A stretch of DNA of 61,975 bases. Source: Neoconidiobolus thromboides FSU 785 (taxonomy: Eukaryota; Fungi; Entomophthoromycota). A program made the position numbers and the translations under genes. A model generated the notes under the pieces. It was not told where the DNA came from and made no database searches. It saw nothing but the letters and a program-made list of their open reading frames with translations. Where the stretch lies: contig MU626383.1 of the NCBI GenBank assembly GCA_025603075.1, forward strand, positions 1 through 61,975, in the 5' to 3' direction. Below are positions 48,930-61,134 of this stretch, one piece after another (the stretch's first letter is position 1; the number at the start of each line of letters is the position of its first letter).

Positions 48930-50270
48930 CCAAAATATTACTAGAAGATGTTTTCAAACTAATAAACCCAATAGAGTTATTTGAGCTATGCTATAGGTAA
49001 ATAAAGTCATTGAGTACAACTTAATCATTCTAAATTGCGCCCAACATGAGTTAGATAGGTACATAAACTATCAAAATCAAAATTATACAGATAACAAGTT
49101 TAAAAATATCAGGACTATCAAGAAAAATTCATTAAAGAAGATGAAAGACTAATGATACACTTGAACATAGCTAATAAAACTATTAAATACTTAGGTTATT
49201 ACTCAAACGTTATATTTATAGATTATGTGAAAACATATAATAATTTTAGTATTAGTAATGATAATTGGGATGATATTTGGAATAGTATTGGAGATGATAG
49301 AAATAATAATAATGATAGCAATGACGATAATAATATTATTAATAGTGATAATAAAATTGAGATAAGCGTTAAATTATCAAGACTAGAGAGATTGATTATA
49401 CGTTTTTTTAATTATGAAGAATCATTAAAGTCATTTAATAATTATTTAAAGTAACTCAGGACAATTAAAGTGATTGGATACAATAATACACTTATTAAGA
49501 ATATTATTAAATATTTAAATCCGTCTTAATTAAAGGTGCTGAAAATACATCCCAGAAACAACTTACATCTTAAAGGATTAGATACTATTAAAGCAAAATT
49601 TAATAATTTAAAGAGATTCAACTAAAAATCATATGGAAGTATTAAAGGTTTTAATAAAATTTAAAACTAAAGGACATTTTGATAGTTATATAAATTCGAC
49701 TGTTTTAGCACTTTGAAGCAATCTGAAAATAAAAAAATAGCTATTGAAGACCTTTATTGGTTTGATATTAACAACAAGCATAATGTAGAGGTAATAGAAA
49801 ATAGTAACCTTATTGTTTTAGGTTACTTTGTTGCGCATTATACTCTTAATCTTTGCTCTTTAATATTATTAACGATAAAAGAAATTCATATCGGTAGATT
49901 ATCTATAGATTTCCTGTATTCCATTTCATTGTCAAATATTCAATTATTAAACTTAAATATTTTGATTATAATTCTATAGAGTCACTTTATAATCCCAATT
50001 CAAATAAAGTAGACTGTAATTCAGCTAAAAGCAAATTTATAAAACATTGAAATTCAACTTTGTCTTAACTTTGATCAGTTCTTTTTCTTGTCCTTTTTTT
50101 CAAATATTGAACTATTGAGGGTTAAGTACTTTAAGTTGACGAATATTGATACAACTGTCGACTATAAACTTGCTAGTCCATCACTGCTTGTTTCTACTTA
50201 TGAAAGACATAGACATTGCGACTTATAACAAACTAATAAGCATTACTATTTTAGACTGGGTAAGGTTATA
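48930..50270 (+). pseudogene. Decayed F-box/LRR-like paralog 1 of tandem array
   Basis: AAACTAATAAACCCAATAGAGTTATTTGAGCTA aligns with 5-prime ends at ~51345, ~53195 and ~55970; later TATTTAAAT...GGATTAGAT block shared with other copies; frame broken; boundaries approximate. Confidence 0.6.
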
Positions 50271-50302
50271 ACAAACTATCATTTAGACTTATTTTAACAT
50301 GT

Positions 50303-50400
50303 GGGGATGTATTTTTGTATTTAAGAATTTTACTAGCAATTTTTCCGCTTAAATAGCGCTTAAAAATGGAAAAAATAATGAAGTCAAAAAAAACACTCCC
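50303..50400 (+). mobile_element. MITE family copy (near consensus)
   Basis: ATGT|GGGGATGT...TTCCGCTTAAATAGCGCTT...ACACTCCC|ATAT. Confidence 0.92.
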
Positions 50401-51297
50401 ATATTATGATGAAATATATTGTGTAAGATTTTGGCCTAAAGATTCAGGCCACATAAAAGTTGAAAATTTTATAAATTTTTTGTCTCTGTACAAGCCTATG
50501 GGTAGTCTCGGAGAATTTCTAGAAGGAATCTAACTATCTGAACTCCAATAGTGAAGGCATTATGGAGGGTTCTCCACAATAAATAGTAGTGTTTAGTGTC
50601 AAGGCTTAACAAAAATCATCAATTAGCAAAATCAAATTACAATATCTATTCTGATTTGATAAAACAATCTAAATTGAGTTATTATTGTTAATTGAAAGAG
50701 ATTTTAATACATTTTCATTTGTTACTTTCATTGAATAATTTTCTGAAATACAATCAAGTTTTTCAAAGGTTCCAGAAGAAAGCAACTCCATGCGGTTTTT
50801 TAATGTAATGGGTTTTAAAAGAGTTTTTGATAAATTTAATGGTTACATTAGTGAGGTGATTGAGTTTCAAATACTAATTGCCTATATATCTAGGTGATGT
50901 AATAGGCAAGTTTTTTCTATTTTTATTTTTATTTTTATTTTTATTTTTAAAGACTAATAAACTAATATCAATAGACAACGATCCTTAAATAGAATTAATC
51001 AAATTAGTCTATTAAATAATAACTACTTAAAACAAGTCTAATTATTTTTTATATATTAACTTTTAAATCAATACTCCAATAAACGAGCTAAGCGAAAATA
51101 TTATTCTAAGATAATTTTCTAACAGTTATTTCTAAGAATCCGTGTCATTCAAAACGTTATAATTACAATGTTATACTAAAATTTAATAAATTGAAGCCCA
51201 AGTAATGATAAAAATTAGCCAACTAAACATTATTAGAACCTGTAAGATTCAAAATGCTTACTTTTAATCTTTCTTTTTTTATTAACTTTACTTTCAA

Positions 51298-52720
51298 GTG
51301 ACTATACATTCAAGTTTTTACCTGATATCTCGAATAGAAATACTTAAATTAGTGAATCCAGTTAATCTATTTGATCTAATATTTTTAAACAAACATCTAT
51401 TCAAAGTTGTTAGTAGGTCTATTAAGTACAATTTAGTCATCTCAGACTATAAATGCAGTAAGCTTCAAAACTGGTATAGTATAGGAACGTATAGTAAATG
51501 CCAAACACACCAAAAAATGTTGATGAAAGAAAGTGGGTGGTTACTAATAGGACATTTAAATAGATCTAGCCACACTATTTAAAACCTGAATTATTATCTA
51601 AATACGCTATCTATAACTTTTATTTTATATTATGATTCACCTGGCTTAACCCATAAAAACAGAATTAGATTTAAAGCTACCAAATTCAAAAAATAGTTGT
51701 TGATCAGTATCCTTATTTAAAAATATCAAATAAGCCTAGCAATTGTTTAAACCAGATTGAAGTGTTAAAAATTACTGAACACAATAAATGTATATTAATA
51801 GTATTATTCAACATTTAAATATAAGCAAAATGGAGGCATTAATAATATATTTTAAGGATGATCTATATGTTGGTAGATTAGGTAAGATTAAAGTGCAATT
51901 TTACAACTTAAGCACTAGAACTGAAATCAATAAGAATAGTTGTGAATTCAAGTCAAATTAACTCAAGTATAGATTTTAAATCGAAGTTACATTTAAAAAG
52001 TAAAAGACATTTCAAAGGAAACTTTAATTTTCATTGTTTTGTTAATTCAAACTAATTTGAAGCTATTGAATTCTTTGCCTATGATTTCTCTTCTTTTGAC
52101 GTTGACAATGAGCGTAATATCAGAATAATCAAAAGCTGTAATAATATTGCTTTGGATTATTTAATGCAATGTTCCAAACTTAGCTACAGTTTTTCAAAAT
52201 TAGGAACACTAAAAAAAAATTATTTTGGCACATTATTAATAGAATTATTACGCTTTGTTTTGTTATTACATAATATTTAAATAATCCGATTTTATCAGTC
52301 AGATGCTAATACTATGCGATCACTGTATTATACCAATCCAAATGAAGTAGGTTCTGATTTAGTCAAAGGTGAATTTATAAAGTAGATCAAGATCAAACAA
52401 GTTACTACTACATTCAAACAGTTGCTCGTTTTTGTTTCCTTCTTTTCAGATCTTGAAAATAAAAAATAAAAAAACTCAAGAATATGTACCGCCTTAACTA
52501 TTGGTTATCAATCTACATCCCTATTATTATTTACACCCGATATGTTATGTTTTGATGAAGCAATTTTTCTTAAAATTTATGAAGTAAAAGATCATAATGC
52601 TCTTAACAATGTCCTAATATTATATTAAGATTATAATCAATCCTTCTTGTATCTTCCGAATGGATCTTTATTTTTATCTCATCTTATTATAATTTCACCT
52701 TTAAAAATAGTTGAAATTAG
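51298..52720 (+). pseudogene. Decayed F-box/LRR-like paralog 2
   Basis: ORF remnant IEILKLVNPVNLFDLIFLNKHLFKVVSRSIKYNL (F-box-like); downstream LxxLxL-type relics with stops; family name tentative. Confidence 0.6.
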
Positions 52721-52994
52721 TTCAAAGCTCCTTTTAATCTTAAAGCTTTTTCATTATAACTTATTATTTGGTGCTCTATAATTTTTTTGTTCAATAAACA
52801 ATGTCTTGGAGATATGCATTTTTAAAATATGTATTTGAAAATTGAGCTTTAAAAAAGCTTTTTTATAGAGAGCTTTATTTTTAAAAGGCAAGTTATTTCA
52901 ACTAAACTACAATATTGTTTCTAAAAATAGTAAATTACATTCTAGTTATTCTCTAATTAGCCAATTAAGTACTATATTAAAGCTTTAAATATAT

Positions 52995-53092
52995 GGGGAT
53001 ATATTTTTGTGTTTAAGAATTTTACTAACAAATTTTCCGCTCAAATAGTGCTTAAAAGATGGAGAAGTAACAAAGGCAAAAAAAATACCTCC
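52995..53092 (+). mobile_element. MITE family copy
   Basis: ATAT|GGGGATAT...ATACCTCC|ATAT, 98 bp. Confidence 0.92.
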
Positions 53093-53169
53093 ATATAATT
53101 CATTTTCTTTTGAATCTTCTTTTTTATTAGTTTTCCTTTCAAAATGATTTTAAAATTCGAGTATCTATA

Positions 53170-54550
53170 TGACATCTTATTAATATAAATATTCAAATTA
53201 GTGAATCCAATTCAATTATTTGAGTTGAAATTTCTAAATAAATATCTATCCAAGATTGTAAATAGAGCAATCAAATATAGCTTAACTATTTCAAGTTATA
53301 ACCTAAAATTAGATAATAGAATTCGCTACTCTCAAGAATCTAAACAATATGATAAGTATCAACAAAAAATTATCAAAAAAAATGAAAAACTAGTGAGAAG
53401 TTTAAATCTAACTGATAATAATGTTGGAAATTTAGAATATTGCTCAAATGTAACACCTATAAACTACACCCCTGGTGCTAGCCGTCCTGGTCGTACCATG
53501 GAGAACGGATTAAATACTTTGTTATCATAATTGAATTGTAAGACACCGAAGTTGAAAAAAATGGTTATCAGTAAATACAGTTTTTTACTATTATTAAAGC
53601 AGTTTAAGAATTACTTAAATCAACTTGAAGTGTTAAAGGTTATTGGAGGAATGTTACAGTCATTAATGACATCATCTGGGGATGTGTTTTTGTATTTAAG
53701 AATTTTACTAGCAATTTTTCCACTCAAATAGCGCTTAAAAGATGGAAAAAGTAATGAAGTCAAAAAAACATCCCCATTTTATATTTAAATCTAAACAACC
53801 TAAAGGCACTAAAGTTATACTGTAGAGATGACAATCTGTATTTAAATGGATTAGATGAAGTCAAAACGCAACTTTCTAAGTTAAAGGTATTAGATTTAGA
53901 GCCAAAACATACAATCGATAGTCTAGTTGAGATCAATCACAATATAAATTTTCAAGCAAAGTTAGATTTGAAAATTAAAGGACATTTCAATACTTAAGTT
54001 TTCAATGCTTTGGTAATTTAAGCTAATTTAAAAGTAGTAAGTTCATTTTAAATAATATTTATCTTTTTGGTATTGATGATGAATAGAATATGAGAGTAAT
54101 CAAAAATATAATACAATAGCCTTGGGTTGCTTAGTGTCACTTCACAAATTTGATTGTAACTATTTAAAAATATTAGCATTAAGAGAGTTATATTTTGTTC
54201 AGTACCAATGAATTTATTGCAGTCCATTTCTTTATTACCTAATATCCAAACTATTCAACTTAATGAGTTAGAAAGTTATATCATAAAAATATTTTACAAT
54301 CCCAATTTAAGTTTATAAAATAAGTTAAGATTGAATCTGCCAAAATAACATTAATGCAGTTACTGTCTTTTTATCTTCTTTTTTCAGACCTTTAAAAATT
54401 AAATATGAAGGATTTTAGACTAAGCCTAATAATAAAAGTATTAACTATCAACTCGCCACCCCATTAATATTATTTACTACTTATATGAAATACTTAGATA
54501 AAGGAAATTATAGAGAATTTGAAGATTAAATAGTTTATAGTAAACTTAAA
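53170..54550 (+). pseudogene. Decayed F-box/LRR-like paralog 3, interrupted by a MITE
   Basis: VNPIQLFELKFLNKYLSKIVNRAIKYSL aligns with paralog 2; MITE inserted at 53678-53775; stops and frameshifts. Confidence 0.65.
53678..53775 (+). mobile_element. MITE family copy inserted in pseudogene coding sequence
   Basis: ATCT|GGGGATGT...ACATCCCC|ATTT; empty site visible in paralogs 1 and 2. Confidence 0.95.
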
Positions 54551-55055
54551 AACATTACAATGCTAAATTGAGCAAAACTATAATAAATGATTTATTAGCT
54601 TTTAACTTTGCTATTTATTATTCGACTTCATATCTATTGTATAAATTTAACTATTATTAAAATTAACATTAGACATATTTTTTTGTTTAAAGATCTCACT
54701 AGTAATTTTTAATTTAATATAGCATAAAAAAATAAACAAATAAAGTTTAAAAAATTATCTTATATATCACTTAATAACTTTATAAAAAAAATAAAAATGA
54801 TTTACAATATTGAAAGTTTAAGTTTTTCAATTATTAATTTTAAATTTTTATAAATTCGTTTATAAAAAAACATATTTTAGTTTACTAAAAACTATATTAT
54901 CTGCTTTGAAATATACGTCAATTTTTAAAATTATACAAAATTACATTTTAAACTTATTGTTAGTTATTTTATATCATATAAAATTAATACTTTGAGAAAA
55001 AGCAAGAAATAAAAACCAGTAAGTAGCATTATCATTAACTATAGCTTTAGTATAT

Positions 55056-55154
55056 GGGAGTGTTTTTTTTAACTTCATTATTTTTTCCATTTTTTAAGCG
55101 CTATTTAAGCGGAAAATTTGTTAGTAAAATTCTTAAACACAAAAATACATCCCC
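55056..55154 (-). mobile_element. MITE family copy
   Basis: ATAT|GGGAGTGT...AAGCGCTATTTAAGCGGAAAA...ACATCCCC|ATAT. Confidence 0.92.
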
Positions 55155-55383
55155 ATATTTTTTTGATAAGTATAAAAATTTTAGATTTAATATAAGTAAA
55201 AATTAGTATGATTACTTGAAAACAATTAATAATAAAATATCAATATTATAAATTATAATTAAAAATATATATATCAGACATAAGCAAGTTAAAACTTTTG
55301 TATAATATTTGCTTGATAATTTGATTATTTTATCAATATTCGATAAAAAAATAATGATAATGAGTATTTATTAAATGATATAT

Positions 55384-55481
55384 GGGGATGTTTTTTTTGA
55401 TTTCACTACTTTTCCATTTTTTAAGCGCTATTTGAGTGTAAAGGTTGTTAGCAAAATTCTTAAACAAAAAAATATAGCTCC
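55384..55481 (-). mobile_element. MITE family copy
   Basis: ATAT|GGGGATGT...AAGCGCTATTTGAGTG...TAGCTCC|ATTA. Confidence 0.9.
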
Positions 55482-55929
55482 ATTATTAAGATTAATAGCT
55501 TTAGGTATAAAACTCTATATAAAATATTAAAATATAATTTTTATTATTATATTGTTTTTTATATTAATTTTAAATAGCAGCTTTAAAGTTTTATTATAGC
55601 AATAAAAACATGATTTAAATTAACACAATATTCATATTAAGCAATAAAGTTCACTTTTACTTAAAATCAAACAAGTTTATTTATATATTTAAAGTAAGCA
55701 TTAAAGAAAGTTAAATGTAGTAATGGATTTTTTTAATAATAATAAACTTATTAATTTTGAGCTGTGGTGCTAATGCTTAAAAGTTTAAATAAAAATACAA
55801 TGATAATAACAATTAATGCTAAAATAAATATAATTAAACTAATATCTTATAATGCATTTTTTTAATCAAAACTATAAATTTTATTTCAATTTTAGAATTT
55901 TTCTTTTTTAACTTTATTTCAGATGATTA

Positions 55930-57020
55930 TGAAATTCAAACATTTATCTGAAATCCTGTTAGTAAATATACTTAAATTAATAGGTCTATTTGAGTTATTT
56001 GGTCTTCAAAGTTTGAGTAGACTTTTTCAAAATTGTCAATAAAGCTGCTGAATGGAATTATGTTATATCAGATTATTGTTAACAATTACCAAAGCAATAT
56101 TTCAAAAATCAGAAACAACCGAGGTATCAAAAATATCAACAAGAGCTTATTGATAAAAATGGATCATGTATAGAATATTTGGCAATATCTGAAAAGAATA
56201 TTAATAACTTTGAACTTTGCTTAAATATAAAATTATTTATGTTTATGATGAAACTAAATATCAAACTATAGTCTAGTCTGTCAGAATTAATATCAATGTT
56301 TATTAATGTAAATTAGTATTCAAGTTTATTTATCCAGTTTACAGACTATTTTGTTCAATTGAAAATATTTAGAACAGTAGGAAAGAATAAAGCAAAGTCA
56401 TCATTAGTCATTTAAATTCATAAAAGTTAGTTGTAATAAAAATATATTTCAAAGACAATATAAGCCTTGATGGCTTATATAATTAAATATAATTCAAAAA
56501 ATTAAGAGTATTAAAAATAAAAGGAAAAGAAATAACTAATGGCCCAATTGAAATTAACAAAGATAAATTTCAAATCAAATGATGATTTAATGAAAAATGT
56601 AATTTTTAATGTTTTAGTAATATGAGGCAATTTAACAGTATTATAACATATTTGTATTTAGTATTAATTATAGAAATAGTATAGACCCAATTAATGATAT
56701 TAATGTTATGGTGATAGGGAATTCTATATGTAAGGATAGATTAACGAACAGACTTTCAAGCTCAATAGCATTAAGAGATTTTTTTTTAATTATTCATCAA
56801 TAGAACTATTAAAATCAATCTTAACATCATTAAATATTGAAATAATTCAATTTGATTATTTTAATTATCGTACTATGGGATCTCTTTACAATTGTACATT
56901 ACTGAGATTAGATTTGAGACTTAATATTGATGAATTTGGACTTTTTATATATGAGCTATCAAATAACAACAATAATATTCATGAAGATTTTACAAGTCCA
57001 TTTGATAATTCTATTTAAAT
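55930..57020 (+). pseudogene. Decayed F-box/LRR-like paralog 4
   Basis: ATACTTAAATTAA...TTTTCAAAATTGTCAATAAAGCTGCTGAATGGAATTATGTTATATCAGATTAT aligns with paralog 2 (TTCAAAGTTGTTAGTAGGTCTATTAAGTACAATTTAGTCATCTCAGACTAT); CATTTAAAT...ATATATTTCAAAGA block also shared. Confidence 0.55.
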
Positions 57021-57893
57021 CAAATACAGCTATATAAATCAAATTAAAATCAATGTTGCTAAACTTTAAGTAATTTCTTAGTCTTTTTATATTTGTTTCC
57101 AAATATTTAAAAGTTGAAGATAAAAATATCAATCATTTACTAAAAACTCCTTTGTATTTATATACAAAGCGTGTTACGTATCTAGGAGGTATGAATTTGA
57201 GCTATTCTCTTTTTAAGAATCTTTTGATGAACCTGTATATGAAGTTTTTAACAGTGTCTCAATTTTGGAGTGGATAAAAATACAATGAATTCCTTTGAGT
57301 TTGTTTCAGCTTATTGAAATTAGGCTTTTAAAAAATATTTCAACATTTTTATCTTTGTATTTCATAATTTAGAAAATTGACGCATTTAGTAGGTTTAGTT
57401 TATTTGAGATTTATAAAAAAATAATTACTTCGTATAGTTTATTGTTTGTATTTAAATGTCTATAAACATAAAAATATTTACAGCTATTAATAATATAAAA
57501 TGATATAAAATAATGGCATGAATGAATCCTATTAATAAAAATAGCAGAATAAATTTAGGATCAAAATAGTAAATTACCTTGAAATTATTGTTACGTTATC
57601 CATAAATTCACAATTAATTTTAAGTGACTTTAAAAAAGCCTTTAATAACAAAGGTCAAAACCGTGGTAGCCAATAAACTCGTTTCCTCAATTAAAAAATA
57701 TGTGTGATTGATGAGCATAATAAAGAAGAAAATCAAAAAAAACTCAAAATAAATCATATCAATAAGCCAAACTAGGATGGGCTTATTATAAGTAATAGTT
57801 ATAGATAATCTATTTACTATTTAATAGTTGAAAAGTTCGAGTTTTTATTTTGTTATTTATTTTTCGATTATTTTAATTCACAATCTCAAAACT

Positions 57894-59225
57894 ATGATAT
57901 TGACTTGTTTAATTTTCTTAGTAACATTAATAACTCCAATTTTAACCCATAGTAATTTGTTATCACCACAACCAAGAGGCAACAGACGCTGGTGGGGATT
58001 TTGTTCTCGAGGATTAAACTGTGCAGGTGCTTGCGAAACACCAAAAGCCAATGCACCTATCTTGTCTATTTATAATAAACCAACCATTGTAAAACGAGGC
58101 CAAAATATAACAATTAAATGGATGCGATTAAATCATCCTGGCGGGTTTATAAGATTATCTATAGTCCCCTTTGAACAATCAGATGATCCATTAGCATTTG
58201 ATAAAAATGTAGTTAAATATTCTTGTTTTGAATCGAACTGTAAAGAATCAAAACAAGATTCAATGTTAGGTCATTTAAATGGTCCAGGTTCAACAGAGTG
58301 TTCTACTCAATTAACGATACCAGATACTATACAAGATGGTAAGATTAGTTTACAATGGACTTGGTTTGGTGGTGGGGTTTATTATGCTGATCAGAAAGCA
58401 GGATTTGCCAATTATGTTTCTTGTTCAGATATGATTATTGAAGGTGGTAATAAATTTATTGCTCAATCGTTAATTAAAAGTACATTACCTTTATTTCAAG
58501 GTGGTGATGCTGCTAATTTAAATCAAAATCAATGTCGCTATTGGTCTTCCAATGATCCTTACGGCTGTGTTTTTGGAGCTGAAAAAAAAGAGAAGACATG
58601 TGGTTATACTGGTATGTTGATGGGTGTACCTAAACAAATTTTAACAAACCAACCTTCTTTTTATCCTTTGACGAGTTTTAAAGGAGAGGATCCTAACTCA
58701 GATCCCATCCCTTCTCCCTATGATATTTCGGGTGAAGGACCAGCCCCTAATAACAACAATGATTCAAAGAACTCAACGTATTTAAATTCATATACTAATG
58801 ATAATGATCCATATCAAAAACAACCTATTATTCCATTTTCAAATTCTTCGAATAACGCTGATACTACGAGTCAAAAACAACCTATAACATCATCATTAAA
58901 TACTATCAATACAACAGACACAATAAATCAAGTATTAAAAGATCAAAATTTAGATCCAAGTTTATTAAATAAGGATCAAAAGAGTTACTCCCCTAATAGT
59001 TCTATTAATATTAATAATAGTCCTACTTATAATTATAATAGTGTGAAATCAAGTGTATCTAGTGCTTCTATATCGATAAACTATAATACTCAACCATCCT
59101 CTATTCCCCCTGATACTACCTATAATTCTTATCAAACATCTACTATCCCTAATACTGATTATAAAGCTTATAAAGGTTATTATACTCAAAATGGAGGTTA
59201 TATTTATGGTCAAAAACAAGATTAA
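57894..59225 (+). CDS. Secreted His1 LPMO-like (chitin-binding type-4-like) protein with long S/T/N-rich tail
   Basis: Likely start MILTCLIFLVTLITPILT (signal) then HSNLLSPQPRG; second His in WMRLNHPGG; LQWTWFGGG...ANYVSCSD; intronless. Confidence 0.8.
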   Translation: MILTCLIFLVTLITPILTHSNLLSPQPRGNRRWWGFCSRGLNCAGACETPKANAPILSIYNKPTIVKRGQNITIKWMRLNHPGGFIRLSIVPFEQSDDPLAFDKNVVKYSCFESNCKESKQDSMLGHLNGPGSTECSTQLTIPDTIQDGKISLQWTWFGGGVYYADQKAGFANYVSCSDMIIEGGNKFIAQSLIKSTLPLFQGGDAANLNQNQCRYWSSNDPYGCVFGAEKKEKTCGYTGMLMGVPKQILTNQPSFYPLTSFKGEDPNSDPIPSPYDISGEGPAPNNNNDSKNSTYLNSYTNDNDPYQKQPIIPFSNSSNNADTTSQKQPITSSLNTINTTDTINQVLKDQNLDPSLLNKDQKSYSPNSSININNSPTYNYNSVKSSVSSASISINYNTQPSSIPPDTTYNSYQTSTIPNTDYKAYKGYYTQNGGYIYGQKQD

Positions 59226-59402
59226 AAAAGTATATCTTATGTATCCAATGAACTAGTAATAAAAATAATGTAAATAATATAATAAAACTTAGAACAAATT
59301 ATTACTTGAATTTATTTTAATAATCTTATAATTTATACTAATAAAAACCAAAACTAAATTTAATGTTAATATTAATATTAAGAGTTTTGCAATGTTTTAA
59401 AA

Positions 59403-60444
59403 CTAATTTTGATTAGGGATAAGAGGCAGCTGATTAGGAAGTCTGTTAAGTTCAAATTTACAAACTTTAAATCCAGAACATCCTCTTTCTGACTAATATT
59501 AAATTACTTTATATAATCCATCATAACGATACTTTTTATAAAAAAACATTAATCAATACAAAAATTGTCTATTTTTTAACATAACAAACTTACCCTTCTT
59601 TAGAAACATAAAGAGAATTTAACTTATAATCTCGAATAATACGAATTGATTTTCCCATTTCAAATGAAATTTTTAAAGATAGATCATAGTCCTCAAATGC
59701 TCGATCTTTACTTTATGATGCGTTTCTTAAATCTTAGGGATTATTTTTAGTTCCCTTTAAATCTCTTCCACTCAACCTAGTATAAATAAATCGATCTCCT
59801 TCGTCAATATCATCTTCATAGCCCTAAGAAAAATAGGTTTTAATTGATAATTAAATTCAATTGAGCTATTTAATTACTCCTGATAAAGCTAAAGTGTAAC
59901 GATCTTTGGTGACGCTACTATAAATACCACCAATAACCGATCTAAAAGTAATCATTACCTTCATTTCCTAATAAATTATAAAATGCTTACCCATACACTC
60001 TATTTCTACCATAATCTATTATAAGCTCCTATTCTACACCAATTGGAACATGTGATATATGACCAAACACATTACCTTTTATCCACATCGAATATGTTAA
60101 AGATCTAATTTCTTCTTCTTCTTCTTCAATAGAATATTTTTCCAACTTAATTCTATTCTCCTCCTTCATTTCAGATAATTTTTCTCAATTTCTTAAATAA
60201 TAGTGAATTGGTCTTTTTTCTATTACACTAGCATGTACAGAACGTGATTATGAAGTTGGAGCTTTTTTATTTCTCCCAATTTAATACCCAAAGTACCTAA
60301 TATTTTTTATTTTCTTCAATCTATTTCATTCTCTTTTTTCATATTTGGAGAAAGTACTCCCATCAATATTCACTTTTTCAACTAAGGTAATGGGCCTTTT
60401 CCCCTTAATGTTCGAGTATATTTAGTTGGTTTACTCTTGGTCAT
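59403..60444 (-). pseudogene. Unprocessed SRA-YDG domain (UHRF1/VIM-type 5mC reader) pseudogene
   Basis: Minus-strand translation with introns removed: SKYEK..IEENKKILGTLGIK; FGHISHVPIG; SVIGGIYS...LALSG|GYEDDIDEGDRFIYTRLSGRDLKG; IRIIRDYKLNSLYVSKEG|YRYDGLYKVI*Y*SERGCSGFKVCKFELNRLPNQLPL; in-frame stops and frameshifts. Confidence 0.88.
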
Positions 60445-61037
60445 CTTTTGCTATAATAGAGGATTAAAAAAAGTTTTTCAAGAATTTTTCTGAGTTTCTA
60501 TTTTGTTCCTGTCTTTAAAAATAGGATAAGATTAAATTTTGGTCCTAAGTTTTGAGGTTCGAAACCTGGCGATATTGAAGTTGATATTAAGTTGTTTAAA
60601 ATGTTCCAGTACAAATTATAGTTAAGAGAAAATCACTATTGTAATCGAAAATTGATACCTCTTTATGTGAATAAGTTCATATCGGAAAATTTTCAAATAA
60701 CTTGATACTGTTACTAGTTACTCTTAAAAAATAGCAGCTAATCATAAAACTTCTATCAATATCTGCATTAAAAGTATTAATAGTTGGTAACTAAGTTGTA
60801 AAAAGCATTACTGGTAAGTTAATTTTTAGTAATAAATATTAAAATATTGATTCCTGCTTTTTGGTTTTGGTTATATTTATATTATTTATAAAAATAATTG
60901 TATTTTAATATTATGTTATTTATATTTAATAATTATGATAAGAGTTATGATAGATAATATATTTTTTCTATAATTTATTATGAATATAAACTATACTTAT
61001 ATATGTGTATGTTTTTTTTATTTTTTTATTAAATATT

Positions 61038-61134
61038 AGGGCTGTTTTTTTTAGTTTCATTATCTTTCCACTTTTTAAGCGCTATTTGAATGGAAGGATT
61101 GTAGTAAAATTCTTAAACAAAAAAATACATCCCC
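61038..61134 (-). mobile_element. MITE family copy
   Basis: AGGGCTGT...AAGCGCTATTTGAATGGAAG...ACATCCCC|ATTA. Confidence 0.88.

Noticed and set aside
1402-50950. Short tandem repeats (CCTTTCAATT x3 at ~1402-1438, CTTGATAG x3 at ~13263, TAATAAGT x5 at ~13663-13705, TTATTTAATAAGC x2-3 at ~25836, TTTTTA runs at ~50927)
   Set aside because: Ordinary slippage microsatellites; not telomeric or array-like
57828-57893. Upstream extension of the LPMO-like ORF; likewise 9398-9481 and 42140-42220 extensions
   Set aside because: Downstream ATGs give canonical signal peptides or family-like N-termini
36690-60444. Stop-codon reassignment as an explanation for in-frame TAA/TAG in the S41, SRA and F-box-like relics
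   Set aside because: The relics also carry frameshifts and lost starts, and all intact genes (e.g. the 1472-aa RPA190 exon) use the standard code without internal stops
60505-60575. Functional tRNA-Gln gene
   Set aside because: Acceptor stem does not pair and anticodon/T stems have mismatches; kept only as a relic
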